From: a virus
Length of the DNA stretch: 64,000 nucleotides
Virus record (IMG/VR): IMGVR_UViG_3300025168_000032
Span: 32,001 to 96,000 of that record
Direction: 5' to 3' (one strand)
Shown here: positions 39,298 to 48,202 of the stretch, piece after piece
Position numbering within the stretch: position 1 is the stretch's first letter
Layout: each line of letters begins with the position of its first letter
Position numbers and translations under genes: made by a program
Notes under the pieces: generated by a model
Database searches by the model: none
The model's input: the letters and a program-made list of their open reading frames with translations, nothing else
Told to the model about the DNA's origin: nothing

Positions 39298-39701
39298 TTT
39301 GGCTTACTCTTTTAAAGTATCTTAAGATTACAGCCGTCTTCTGTCGTCAACATTGGCGATGGCTTGTCGCTGTTGTGGCTTTTGTAATCGTTTATACACT
39401 TGGTAAGCAGAGCGCTAATGGCATAATGTTACAGGCCAACCTTGCAAGACAGCAGTATAAAAAAGAGAAAGAAGCGATTGAAAGAGCGCACGAGTTGGAA
39501 ATTAAAAAAAGAGAAGAAGCCGAAAGAAACTACAGCGAAGCAGTAAAGAAGATTGAAGAGAAATATGAAAAAGAAAAAGAGAGTATGACAAAAAGCAAGA
39601 AAGAACAAATTAAAAAATTAGTTAAAAAAGCAGAAAACGATCCAAACGAGATCGATAGAATTTTACAACAAGAATTAGGAATAACCATGGAGGGTAAATG
39701 A
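39294..39701 (+). CDS. membrane-anchored coiled-coil protein (i-spanin-like)
   Basis: N-terminal TM (WLVAVVAFVIVYTLG) followed by a long E/K-rich helix; follows holin-like gene. Confidence 0.45.
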   Translation: MIWLTLLKYLKITAVFCRQHWRWLVAVVAFVIVYTLGKQSANGIMLQANLARQQYKKEKEAIERAHELEIKKREEAERNYSEAVKKIEEKYEKEKESMTKSKKEQIKKLVKKAENDPNEIDRILQQELGITMEGK

Positions 39702-39715
39702 AATATTTCTTATTA
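39698..39715 (+). repeat. 18-bp direct repeat copy 1 (ATGAAATATTTCTTATTA)
   Basis: Identical to 40858-40875. Confidence 0.9.
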
Positions 39716-40861
39716 AGCATGTTCTTGATGAACTATGCTAATGCCGATGATATGAGTCAGTCCGAAACCTCATATATAGGCGCTACGATGCTTGAAGGCG
39801 AAGTGGATGTAACTTTTGACGAAGTGAATGCATTTGATGCAGACCAAAATCCAAATGCATACGCATACTTTTCCGGTAATACAATGTATATTGGAAACTC
39901 AGATGAAGCTGGAAACTCCATCAATGCAATCGTTGAATTCTTTTGGTTTCAGTCTTCCATCGATCGCGGTTCCGACTTTTATGTAGCGATTGTTAAGGCT
40001 CGCGGGATACCTGCACAAGACGATGAGCTTTGGGTTACCGATTGGAACGATTGGAGTTGGAGTTCTCCACCAGTACTCTCCGTTGAGGCCCTCACCGATT
40101 TAACCCGTGAAAATGGTGCATTCCGCTGGGATTGGTCAGTGCCTTTTGAGAACTATGGAATTGATGCCTATGGCCAAGTAACCTTTACCAACAGCTACGG
40201 GCTTGGCCTTGATGCTGAGGGTGCTGTAATGGCTCATGGTGAATATCCCATCACGGAAGATGGGAGCGTTAAAGCTGCTGGCAATGTACAAACCAAGGGA
40301 TTTTTAAGCTCAGATTACCGTGTCCAAACCCAATATGAAGTCACTCTTTATGAATGGGATGTATATGTTAATGGTCAGGCTGGAATGATGGCTTGGGATA
40401 CCTATCTCAACTTAGAAGCAAGATCTGAAGAGAGTGTGTATCACGAGTATTTCATGAGTATCCAAGTTGAAGAAGGTCAAACCTTTACCATAGACGAACT
40501 CAACATCTCATCCGCTTTTGATTCTTCTTGGTGGCCTTGGAGTGGCGCTCACGAGATTGGGGTTACTCTTTCAAACATTGAAATTTCAGCCCCATTCTAC
40601 GAAGCTGAAGAAGAAGAAACTTGGACAGAAGAGGAAACGTGGACGGAAGAAGAGCAAGAAGAGTGGGACCCACAAACAGATGAAGAAGAGGAGTCCTCTG
40701 AGGGTACTTACAGTGAAGAGGAGACCGAAGAGCTTTCGCAACTACCACAGCTTAGCCAAGAAGTGACAGATCCAGTAAAGGGTGGGTGCAGTGTCGCACC
40801 GACTCCGTATAGTTTCTTTTTAATCCCGCTTATGGGAATTATTGCAAGGAGAAGAAGATGA
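39698..40861 (+). CDS. secreted acidic protein with MYXO-CTERM-like C-terminal sorting signal
   Basis: Signal peptide MKYFLLSMFLMNYANA; acidic linker EEETWTEEETWTEEE; C-terminus GGCSVAPTPYSFFLIPLMGIIARRRR. Confidence 0.7.
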   Translation: MKYFLLSMFLMNYANADDMSQSETSYIGATMLEGEVDVTFDEVNAFDADQNPNAYAYFSGNTMYIGNSDEAGNSINAIVEFFWFQSSIDRGSDFYVAIVKARGIPAQDDELWVTDWNDWSWSSPPVLSVEALTDLTRENGAFRWDWSVPFENYGIDAYGQVTFTNSYGLGLDAEGAVMAHGEYPITEDGSVKAAGNVQTKGFLSSDYRVQTQYEVTLYEWDVYVNGQAGMMAWDTYLNLEARSEESVYHEYFMSIQVEEGQTFTIDELNISSAFDSSWWPWSGAHEIGVTLSNIEISAPFYEAEEEETWTEEETWTEEEQEEWDPQTDEEEESSEGTYSEEETEELSQLPQLSQEVTDPVKGGCSVAPTPYSFFLIPLMGIIARRRR

Positions 40862-40875
40862 AATATTTCTTATTA
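40858..40875 (+). repeat. 18-bp direct repeat copy 2
   Basis: Identical to 39698-39715. Confidence 0.9.
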
Positions 40876-41277
40876 GGGTTTCTAATGACATGGTCTAATG
40901 CAGCCCACGCATTTGAGCAAAAACCAAAATTTACAAAATTAAACCAAGGCCAGAAGGCCCCATTCGAAGGTAGGCTATTTAACAATGCGGCTGTTTCAAA
41001 GTTGATTGTCGAAAACCGACTAATGGTAGAGCAGTGCGATATCCAAATAGAGTACCACGTTAGCAGAGCGGTAGAGAAGGAGAATTATAATTATAACCTT
41101 TTAACAGCCAAATGCGAGTCTGCTGACGAGCGTCTGACTGATTTGCTAACAATCAAACAAGATGAAATAGACAAGCTCAATGGACTTGTTAAGCCAAGCA
41201 AAAACTCTTGGTGGCTTGCAGGTGGATTTGTTGCAGGCGTTGGCACATCTATAGCAATTATGCATGCGGTGAAGTGA
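40858..41277 (+). CDS. exported coiled-coil protein with C-terminal TM (possible spanin partner)
   Basis: Signal peptide ...NAAHA; helical core; WWLAGGFVAGVGTSIAIM C-terminal hydrophobic segment. Confidence 0.45.
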   Translation: MKYFLLGFLMTWSNAAHAFEQKPKFTKLNQGQKAPFEGRLFNNAAVSKLIVENRLMVEQCDIQIEYHVSRAVEKENYNYNLLTAKCESADERLTDLLTIKQDEIDKLNGLVKPSKNSWWLAGGFVAGVGTSIAIMHAVK

Positions 41278-41283
41278 GGCTTT

Positions 41284-41661
41284 ATGAAAAACAAAGATCC
41301 CAATTACGCAATTAAGGTAGAAAAGGCAATTGCAGAAAAATATGGAGACGATGCAGTCCAAAGCCCAAAGGCCAACTGGACAAGCGAAAAAGAAAAAGAA
41401 TACCTTAAGCAATTAAAAACAGTTTACGATTCCACTAGTAACATAGACTACGGTGAGGAGCAAGTAAATGGAGTTTTTATATCCAAGAAACTACTTAAAA
41501 GAGAATCCAAGCGCTCTTGCCCGGTTTGTAATACATATTCATTTAAATCAAACGATGATCTCTATATGTCTAAATTTGAATGTTGTGAGAAGTGTTATAT
41601 ACAATGGGTTGAAGGACGCGAAGATAGATGGAAACAAGGATGGAGACCTAATAATGGCTGA
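41284..41661 (+). CDS. Zn-finger hypothetical protein
   Basis: CPVC...CCEKC; C-terminal WVEGREDRWKQGWRP. Confidence 0.65.
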   Translation: MKNKDPNYAIKVEKAIAEKYGDDAVQSPKANWTSEKEKEYLKQLKTVYDSTSNIDYGEEQVNGVFISKKLLKRESKRSCPVCNTYSFKSNDDLYMSKFECCEKCYIQWVEGREDRWKQGWRPNNG

Positions 41662-42202
41662 ATCAAATATTTTAGAAATCGTTCAAGGGCTTGCACAGGC
41701 AGCCTCAAACGCTTATGACGGTGCCCATGACGAGCGTTTTGTTCGTGATGGTGAGTCTAAAAAGGTAGGACTCAAAAGAGAAGAAGGTTGTCCGATTATG
41801 GACCAGAGGGTAAACGATGGTTTCAGTATAAAATTTATGGGAAACCAAATTGCTATCCATTACCAGTCTGATATAAGGCTTAAAGAGATATACGGTGGAG
41901 ACTTTGAAAACGAGATGTCACGTATGATAGGCGAAGTAAAAAAGTTTTTACAGAAAGAGTACAAATCCATAACTGGAAACAATGTGACTCTTACTAAAGA
42001 AGGTGATGTTTCCGTTCTTGCTTCGTCTGTATCTAGAGTTCGCAGTTTCGTACAAGCATACCAATATTTCAACATCTCAGGAATCAAAGTAGATCCTGAT
42101 GCGGGCGGATCAGAGAATAGAAAAATCGAAGATTCGTGGCGTAAGTTTATGGATTTAGATAACAAGAACAAAAGACCACGAAATGATACAAGGAAAAAAT
42201 GA
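41654..42202 (+). CDS. hypothetical protein upstream of terminase
   Basis: ATG 41654 after GGAG, overlapping upstream stop; ATGA overlap with terminase. Confidence 0.6.
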   Translation: MAESNILEIVQGLAQAASNAYDGAHDERFVRDGESKKVGLKREEGCPIMDQRVNDGFSIKFMGNQIAIHYQSDIRLKEIYGGDFENEMSRMIGEVKKFLQKEYKSITGNNVTLTKEGDVSVLASSVSRVRSFVQAYQYFNISGIKVDPDAGGSENRKIEDSWRKFMDLDNKNKRPRNDTRKK

Positions 42203-43785
42203 AACCATATCGTCTTTCCAAGCAAGACATTATAAAAGAGATCATCAAATCAGGTAAAGATTCTGCCTACTTTATTAACAACTATTGTCGTATTAGTCAC
42301 CCCATGAAGGGACTAATACAATTTAAGACATATCCGTATCAAGACGACTTGTTAGACGATTATAATGATTTTCGTTTTAACGTTATTTTAAAAGCAAGGC
42401 AGTTGGGGATCTCTACGATCACCGCTGCTTATTGCGTTTGGTTTATGCTTTTTCACAAAGAAAAGAATATTGTTGTGCTCGCTACTAAATTTAGCACAGC
42501 CTCGAACCTTGTTAAAAAAGTAAAAAGTATGATGAAGAACCTTCCGGATTGGATGAAGGTTTCTCGGATCTCCATTGACAACAGGACGTCCTTTGAGCTA
42601 TCTAACGGCTCCATTATCAAAGCGGTGCCAACATCAGAAGACGCAGGTCGTTCAGAGGCTCTGTCTCTGCTTGTCATCGACGAGGCTGCACATGTTGAAA
42701 AGATGACAGATATATGGACTTCTGTCTACTCTACGCTGGCGACAGGTGGTAGATGTATTGCCCTTTCCACCCCGAAGGGCACGGGAAACTGGTTTCACAA
42801 AACCTATGTTGGCGCTGTCGACGGCGAGAACGAGTTCAACCCTATCGATTTGATGTGGGACGTACACCCGGAGAGAGACCAAGCATGGTTTGAGAGAGAG
42901 ACCAAGAACATGTCCAAGAGACAAGTTGCACAGGAATTGTTGTGTAACTTTAATACTTCTGGTGACACTGTTATTCATCCGGACGATTTGACATGGCTCA
43001 GTAAATTACTGAAGGACCCAGAATATAGAACCGGGCACGATCGCAATCTTTGGCTTTGGGAGAAATATAATGAAAACAATACGTACTTGCTTGTTGCTGA
43101 TGTAGCAAGGGGTGACGGTGCAGATAATTCTGTTTTTCATATTATAAAATTAGAGACTATGGAGGTGATTGCTGAATACCAAGGAAAGCCAAGTTTGGAC
43201 ATGTACTCACAGATGTTGTTTTCTGCTGGTTCTGAATTTGGAAATTGCCTTTTGGTCGTAGAGAACAACGGTATTGGTATATCAATTTTGGAAAAACTAA
43301 TTAACTTGGGATATTCTAATTTGTATTATTCTGTTAAGTCAACACATGAGTTTGTTAGTCAAATTCAAGGCGAAAACATGAATAATGCAATCGCAGGATT
43401 TACAACGTCAACCAAGACAAGACCTTTAATTGTTGCTAAACTAGAGGAGTTCATACGAAACAAGTTGGTAAAGATTTATTCTAGTAGATCTTATCATGAA
43501 TTTAAAACTTTTATATGGGCTAACGGGAAACCACAATCTATGAGAAGCTACAACGATGACCTAGTTATGTCATTAGCAATTGCTTGTTGGGTTCGAGATA
43601 CGGCCCTGCAAGTTAATAAAAAAGAACAAGAATATAAAAAAGCAATGATGAACTCGATGTATATGAACACTACCAAACTAAATACAGCAATTAAAGGAAT
43701 GGACACTTTCTCTCAAACAACCCAAGACAAATACAGGGATGAAATTGAGCAAACAAAAGATTTTTTATGGATTTACAAAGGATAA
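42199..43785 (+). CDS. terminase large subunit, T4 gp17-like
   Basis: LKARQLGIST Walker A, LVIDEAAH Walker B, STPKG, ADVARGDGAD and NDDLVMS nuclease motifs. Confidence 0.95.
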   Translation: MKPYRLSKQDIIKEIIKSGKDSAYFINNYCRISHPMKGLIQFKTYPYQDDLLDDYNDFRFNVILKARQLGISTITAAYCVWFMLFHKEKNIVVLATKFSTASNLVKKVKSMMKNLPDWMKVSRISIDNRTSFELSNGSIIKAVPTSEDAGRSEALSLLVIDEAAHVEKMTDIWTSVYSTLATGGRCIALSTPKGTGNWFHKTYVGAVDGENEFNPIDLMWDVHPERDQAWFERETKNMSKRQVAQELLCNFNTSGDTVIHPDDLTWLSKLLKDPEYRTGHDRNLWLWEKYNENNTYLLVADVARGDGADNSVFHIIKLETMEVIAEYQGKPSLDMYSQMLFSAGSEFGNCLLVVENNGIGISILEKLINLGYSNLYYSVKSTHEFVSQIQGENMNNAIAGFTTSTKTRPLIVAKLEEFIRNKLVKIYSSRSYHEFKTFIWANGKPQSMRSYNDDLVMSLAIACWVRDTALQVNKKEQEYKKAMMNSMYMNTTKLNTAIKGMDTFSQTTQDKYRDEIEQTKDFLWIYKG

Positions 43786-43791
43786 TATAAT

Positions 43792-45699
43792 ATGGCTAAA
43801 AAATATGGAAGAAAAGGGAATAACCCCTATAATGAAACGAACAAGCTGTTCAAGTCACTTACAAGACTGTTTTCTGGACCAATAGTCAATCGCAGAACTC
43901 AGACGGGTAGGGAGATTCGGAGAAGACATCTCGATATATATGCTAATCGATTTAAGTCAGCCTCCGGTAAACAATTTAAAAAGACTGAATACAACCCCAT
44001 GAACGTTATGGCGGTCAATATGATTTCCAACAGAAACCGATCTGAGCGTTATGTCGACTTTGATCAAATGGAATACGAACCTATCATTGCTTCGGCATTA
44101 GATATTTACGCAGACGAGATGACGACCCACTCAAGTTTGAACCCAATGTTGCAAATCAAGTGTGCAAATGATGAAATCAAGTCAGTTCTTGAATCCTTGT
44201 ATTTTAATGTTCTTAACATCAACCACAATTTATTTGGTTGGTCTCGAACTATGTGTAAATACGGTGACCTCTTTCTTTATTTAGATATGGATGAAGACGC
44301 TGGGATTAGAAACTGTATTGGGCTGCCCCCTCAAGAAGTCGAAAGACTTGAGGGGGAAGACGAAAGTAATCCGAATTACGTTCAATACCAATGGAACTCT
44401 GCTGGTCTCACGCTTGAGAATTGGCAGGTTGCTCACTTTAGAGTGTTAGGGAACGATAAAAACGTTCCTTATGGAACCTCTGTGCTTGAGCCGGCTCGTC
44501 GTATTTGGAGACAACTCACCCTTCTTGAGGACGCAATGATGGCCTATCGTATCGTCAGGTCACCAGAAAGGAGAGTATTTAAAATTGATGTTGGCAATAT
44601 AGCCCCTCAAGATGTAGAGCAGTATATGCAGAAAGTCATGACCCAGATGAAGCGTCACCAAGTTGTCGATCCTAGTACTGGTCGTGTTGATCTTCGCTAC
44701 AACCCACTATCAATAGAAGAGGATTATTTTATTCCTGTTCGCGGTGGATCTGCGTCTGAGATCACTAATTTGCCCGGTGGACAATTCACGGGAACAGTAG
44801 AAGATGTTAAATATCTCAAAGACAAGCTTTTTGCTGCGATTAAAATTCCGCAAGCTTACCTTACAATGGGTGAGGGTGCCATGGAGGATAAGACGACCCT
44901 TGCACAGAAAGATATTCGCTTTTCAAGAACCATTCAACGTCTACAGCGTGTTATTATATCGGAGCTTGAAAAGATTGGTATTATACATCTATTCACTCTT
45001 GGGTTCAGGGGGGATGACCTTCTTTCATTCTCTCTTCATCTCAACAACCCTTCTAAGATTGCTGAACTGCAAGAGCTTGAGCACTGGAAAAGCAAGTTTG
45101 AAGCTGCGAGCGCAGCAACAGAAGGTTATTTTTCTAAACGTTGGGTGGCAGAGCACATGCTTGGTATATCAGAAGATGAATTCATCAGAAATCAAAGAGA
45201 GATGTTTCATGATATGAAATTCGCAACACAACTTCAAGGCGGAGAAGGACAAGGAGAAGGTGGTGGTCTGGGTGGAGACCTAGGTGGTGATCTTGGTGGT
45301 GACCTTGGTGGAGATGACCTTGGTGGTGACCTTGACTTGGGCGGCGAAGGAGACGCAGAACCAGCCGGTGGCGATGAAGAAGACGATGTTTTATTAGCAG
45401 AGCCACCAGCCAAGAGAGATGACGGCTCTCAATATAAACGAGGCAAGTATAAAAGACACCAGATGAATTATAATAAAGGCGGCAGAAAGAAGAATTTCAA
45501 AAACCAAGCCACCGGAGAATACGGCAACACAGCAAGGACTGCTTTGCCCATGGGCTCTACAGAGCTTAGACAATTATCAAAAGGTATTACGGAATCACAC
45601 AAAGTTGAAGAAAACAAACTATTTAATACAAAGTATGAAATTGATAAACTTTTAGAAGGCCTTATAAAAACGGAGAAAAAAGATCATGAAGCACAATAA
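43792..45699 (+). CDS. portal protein, T4 gp20-like
   Basis: LEDAMMAYRIVRSPERRVFKIDVGN, EEDYFIPVRGG, EITNLPGG, LFAAIKIP. Confidence 0.93.
   Translation: MAKKYGRKGNNPYNETNKLFKSLTRLFSGPIVNRRTQTGREIRRRHLDIYANRFKSASGKQFKKTEYNPMNVMAVNMISNRNRSERYVDFDQMEYEPIIASALDIYADEMTTHSSLNPMLQIKCANDEIKSVLESLYFNVLNINHNLFGWSRTMCKYGDLFLYLDMDEDAGIRNCIGLPPQEVERLEGEDESNPNYVQYQWNSAGLTLENWQVAHFRVLGNDKNVPYGTSVLEPARRIWRQLTLLEDAMMAYRIVRSPERRVFKIDVGNIAPQDVEQYMQKVMTQMKRHQVVDPSTGRVDLRYNPLSIEEDYFIPVRGGSASEITNLPGGQFTGTVEDVKYLKDKLFAAIKIPQAYLTMGEGAMEDKTTLAQKDIRFSRTIQRLQRVIISELEKIGIIHLFTLGFRGDDLLSFSLHLNNPSKIAELQELEHWKSKFEAASAATEGYFSKRWVAEHMLGISEDEFIRNQREMFHDMKFATQLQGGEGQGEGGGLGGDLGGDLGGDLGGDDLGGDLDLGGEGDAEPAGGDEEDDVLLAEPPAKRDDGSQYKRGKYKRHQMNYNKGGRKKNFKNQATGEYGNTARTALPMGSTELRQLSKGITESHKVEENKLFNTKYEIDKLLEGLIKTEKKDHEAQ
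45240..45350 (+). repeat. Gly-Asp-Leu coding tandem repeat (GGDL units) in portal C-terminal tail
   Basis: GGLGGDLGGDLGGDLGGDDLGGDLDLGG. Confidence 0.8.
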
Positions 45700-46507
45700 G
45701 AAAAGAAATACCGCTTTTCTTTATGAATGTCTTGTTAAAGAACTCACAAAAGCAATTGTTCGCAAGGACAAACAAAAGCGGCAAAACATTATTAAGATTA
45801 TAAAGGAGAGTTTTAAAAAAGACTCTGTCCTTAAGCAAGATTTGGATATTTACCGATCAATTCTTGAGGGTAAAAAAGTAAGCAAAGAATTCGCGATACG
45901 ACTTCTTGCTGAAACGAAGAAAGATTTCGAAAACATTGATAGAAAAATGGTCTTCAACCAGCAAACTGTATTAATTAAAGAGATTAACGAGACACTGTCG
46001 CCAACAGCATTTGCTAATTTTATCTCAAACTACAAAGATATGGCATCAATTGGGGCATATCTAAACTCCAAACTTAAAGCGAAGAATCGTATTCTTGTTG
46101 AAGGCCGCTTGATTCAATCGATGTCAACGGAGAAAAGCGAAAAACGCGATCTTTCTCATGTCGACAACCTCACATACAAGACATTTACTAATAAATTTAA
46201 TAAAACTTATGGCAATAGCCTAAGAAGAGAGCAGAAAGATCTTTTAATGAATTATATTATTTCATTCTCTGATAACGGCTTGGGTCTTAAATCGTTCTTA
46301 AACGAGGAAATTTCGCGTCTTAAGATTAACCTACACGAATGTACCAAAACGCAAAAAATAGCAAAAAATGAGGCGTTTTTAGCCAAAACAAAGCAAGTTT
46401 TGAATAAACTTGAGAATTTTAAAAACACTCCAATTACAGAAGAAGTAGTTAAGGATGTATTTTTAATTCAGAATCTTGTTGCGGAGGTATCAAACAATGC
46501 CAGTTAA
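45686..46507 (+). CDS. conserved hypothetical protein (possible prohead core component)
   Basis: MKHNKKRNTAFLYECLVKE; lies between portal and protease. Confidence 0.55.
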   Translation: MKHNKKRNTAFLYECLVKELTKAIVRKDKQKRQNIIKIIKESFKKDSVLKQDLDIYRSILEGKKVSKEFAIRLLAETKKDFENIDRKMVFNQQTVLIKEINETLSPTAFANFISNYKDMASIGAYLNSKLKAKNRILVEGRLIQSMSTEKSEKRDLSHVDNLTYKTFTNKFNKTYGNSLRREQKDLLMNYIISFSDNGLGLKSFLNEEISRLKINLHECTKTQKIAKNEAFLAKTKQVLNKLENFKNTPITEEVVKDVFLIQNLVAEVSNNAS

Positions 46508-47075
46508 GGTAAATATAAACTCTGATGATGTTAATATTAAAGTGAAAGAAACGATTAAAATTAATATACAAAATAGCAACAAACAAATGCTTGAATTTCA
46601 ATTGATGATGAGGGAAGCGTTAAATGGAGATCTTATGATCTTTGACCACTCTGACATCGATATCGTTGTTATGACTGAAAAGAAAAAAGTTGTGGCCTTT
46701 GCTAAAGACCTAATGACAGAAATCGTATATGGCGCAGAGAGTCGCTTATTTGACCACCTAAAAAAGACAGGGATTATCGCTTACGATTCTATACAAGGTG
46801 GAAACGTTTATGGTTCCCTTGAGGCGAAGATTCATGAGGCTAAAAAAGCTGACGGTATTAAAGCCACTTTATACGAAATAAGTCAATGGATTGATAGCGA
46901 AAGACCATACATGAAATCGTCCAAAGGCCATGATGATATGATGGACGATTTCGTTCTAGACCCGAATGACGAAAGGTCAACAGAGTTTGGCGAAGTGCCA
47001 CACGAAGAAGAGAAGGGCTCCATTAAGCAGCATGGCTTGTTTGCCCCTTACATGTACGGCAGATACATATATTAG
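46497..47075 (+). CDS. conserved hypothetical protein
   Basis: ATG 46497 after GGAGGT; C-terminal EFGEVPHEEEKGSI. Confidence 0.6.
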   Translation: MPVKVNINSDDVNIKVKETIKINIQNSNKQMLEFQLMMREALNGDLMIFDHSDIDIVVMTEKKKVVAFAKDLMTEIVYGAESRLFDHLKKTGIIAYDSIQGGNVYGSLEAKIHEAKKADGIKATLYEISQWIDSERPYMKSSKGHDDMMDDFVLDPNDERSTEFGEVPHEEEKGSIKQHGLFAPYMYGRYIY

Positions 47076-47083
47076 GAGACTAA

Positions 47084-47389
47084 GTGGACTTAATCTATTT
47101 TATTCTTGCTGCATACGGTATGACATTTATGTTGGTATACGGCAAGATATTTGAAGACATTCGACCCAAGAAAGATTACACAAAAAAGTGGAATACTTTG
47201 TGGCATTGCCCTTTATGTGTTTCTTTCCATGTGGGGTGGTTGTTAGTACTCTTGTCGCCGTACACGAGTCTTTGGAATTATGAAATTACTTTTGCTAATA
47301 TGTTCTTAATGGGTTGCTTGTCGGCAGGCACAAGCTATTTCCTATCTATGGTAGTTAAAGACGATGGAATACAAATAAAAAAGACTTGA
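47084..47389 (+). CDS. small membrane protein with CxxC (DUF1360-like)
   Basis: GTG start after AGGAG; hydrophobic helices around HCPLCVSFHVGW. Confidence 0.65.
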   Translation: MDLIYFILAAYGMTFMLVYGKIFEDIRPKKDYTKKWNTLWHCPLCVSFHVGWLLVLLSPYTSLWNYEITFANMFLMGCLSAGTSYFLSMVVKDDGIQIKKT

Positions 47390-48196
47390 GTAAAAACCCA
47401 ACCAAAGACTATTTACTATTGTGAGGGTTTGAGAATGAAGTCTGGTATTTATATTATTAAAAATTTGCTAAATGGTAAAGTTTATGTAGGAAGTGCTGTT
47501 TCCATCAAGAAGCGGTGGACAAGGCACAAACACCAACTCAACAAAAACAAACACCACTCAGAGCATTTACAGAGATCTTGGAACAAGTATGGAAAAGATA
47601 ACTTTTCTTTTGAAGTGCTACAAGTGGTAGCAAATAAGAAAGATTTAATTTTTGAAGAGCAAAGGCATATAGATAGGCTCAAATCATATGATAGAAAATT
47701 TGGATACAACATTAGTCCCACAGCAGGCTCTTCGTTGGGAGTAAAACACACGGATGAAATGAAAAGAAAGGTCTCAATGGCCAACAAGGGCAAAAAGATT
47801 TCCTCAGAAACAAGGAGAAAGATGTCTTTATCAAAAATGGGAGAAAGAAATCCCATGCATAAGTATGTTTACTCAAAAGAACAAAAGAAGAAAATGTCCG
47901 AAAGGAATTCTGGGAAAGGAAATCCATTTTATGGCAAGAGGCATTCTGCTGAAACAAGAAAGAAAATATCTGAAACACCCAGAAAAAAATATAAACCAAA
48001 AACAAAACAACATATCGATAAAATAACAGAAGCCAGTATCGAAACAAGAAGAAACAAGTCTAAACTAAATGAAGAGGCTGTCATCGAGATAAGAAGACTG
48101 AGAGAGGAAGAGAAAATGAAAATAAAAGATATAGCACAAAAATTTAACCTTCAAACGGGCCACGTTGGTAAAATATGCCGTTATGAAATTTGGAAA
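47219..48196 (+). mobile_element. homing-endonuclease cassette carrying a replacement 3' end for the host gene
   Basis: Diverged duplicate of the gene 3' half + promoter motif + GIY-YIG ORF; orphaned 3' half resumes at ~48197. Confidence 0.7.
47409..47416 (+). promoter_or_regulatory. candidate late-promoter motif CTATTTAC for the endonuclease
   Basis: In the 45-nt gap before ATG 47435, upstream of GAGG. Confidence 0.5.
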
Positions 48197-48202
48197 GTTT
48201 AG
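47435..48202 (+). CDS. GIY-YIG homing endonuclease with NUMOD3 repeats and C-terminal HTH
   Basis: SGIYIIKNLLNGKVYVGS; HSAETRKKIS, NPFYGK and GERNPM repeats; KLNEEAVIEIR...IAQKFN HTH. Confidence 0.92.
   Translation: MKSGIYIIKNLLNGKVYVGSAVSIKKRWTRHKHQLNKNKHHSEHLQRSWNKYGKDNFSFEVLQVVANKKDLIFEEQRHIDRLKSYDRKFGYNISPTAGSSLGVKHTDEMKRKVSMANKGKKISSETRRKMSLSKMGERNPMHKYVYSKEQKKKMSERNSGKGNPFYGKRHSAETRKKISETPRKKYKPKTKQHIDKITEASIETRRNKSKLNEEAVIEIRRLREEEKMKIKDIAQKFNLQTGHVGKICRYEIWKV

Noticed and set aside
34245-43785. Inteins in primase, SbcCD or terminase
   Set aside because: Lengths and motif spacing are normal; no C...HN splice motifs seen
47389-48202. Group I intron around the GIY-YIG gene
   Set aside because: Only 45 nt separate the upstream stop from the endonuclease ATG, the remnant begins at its stop, and the upstream gene is already complete; no space for a ribozyme core
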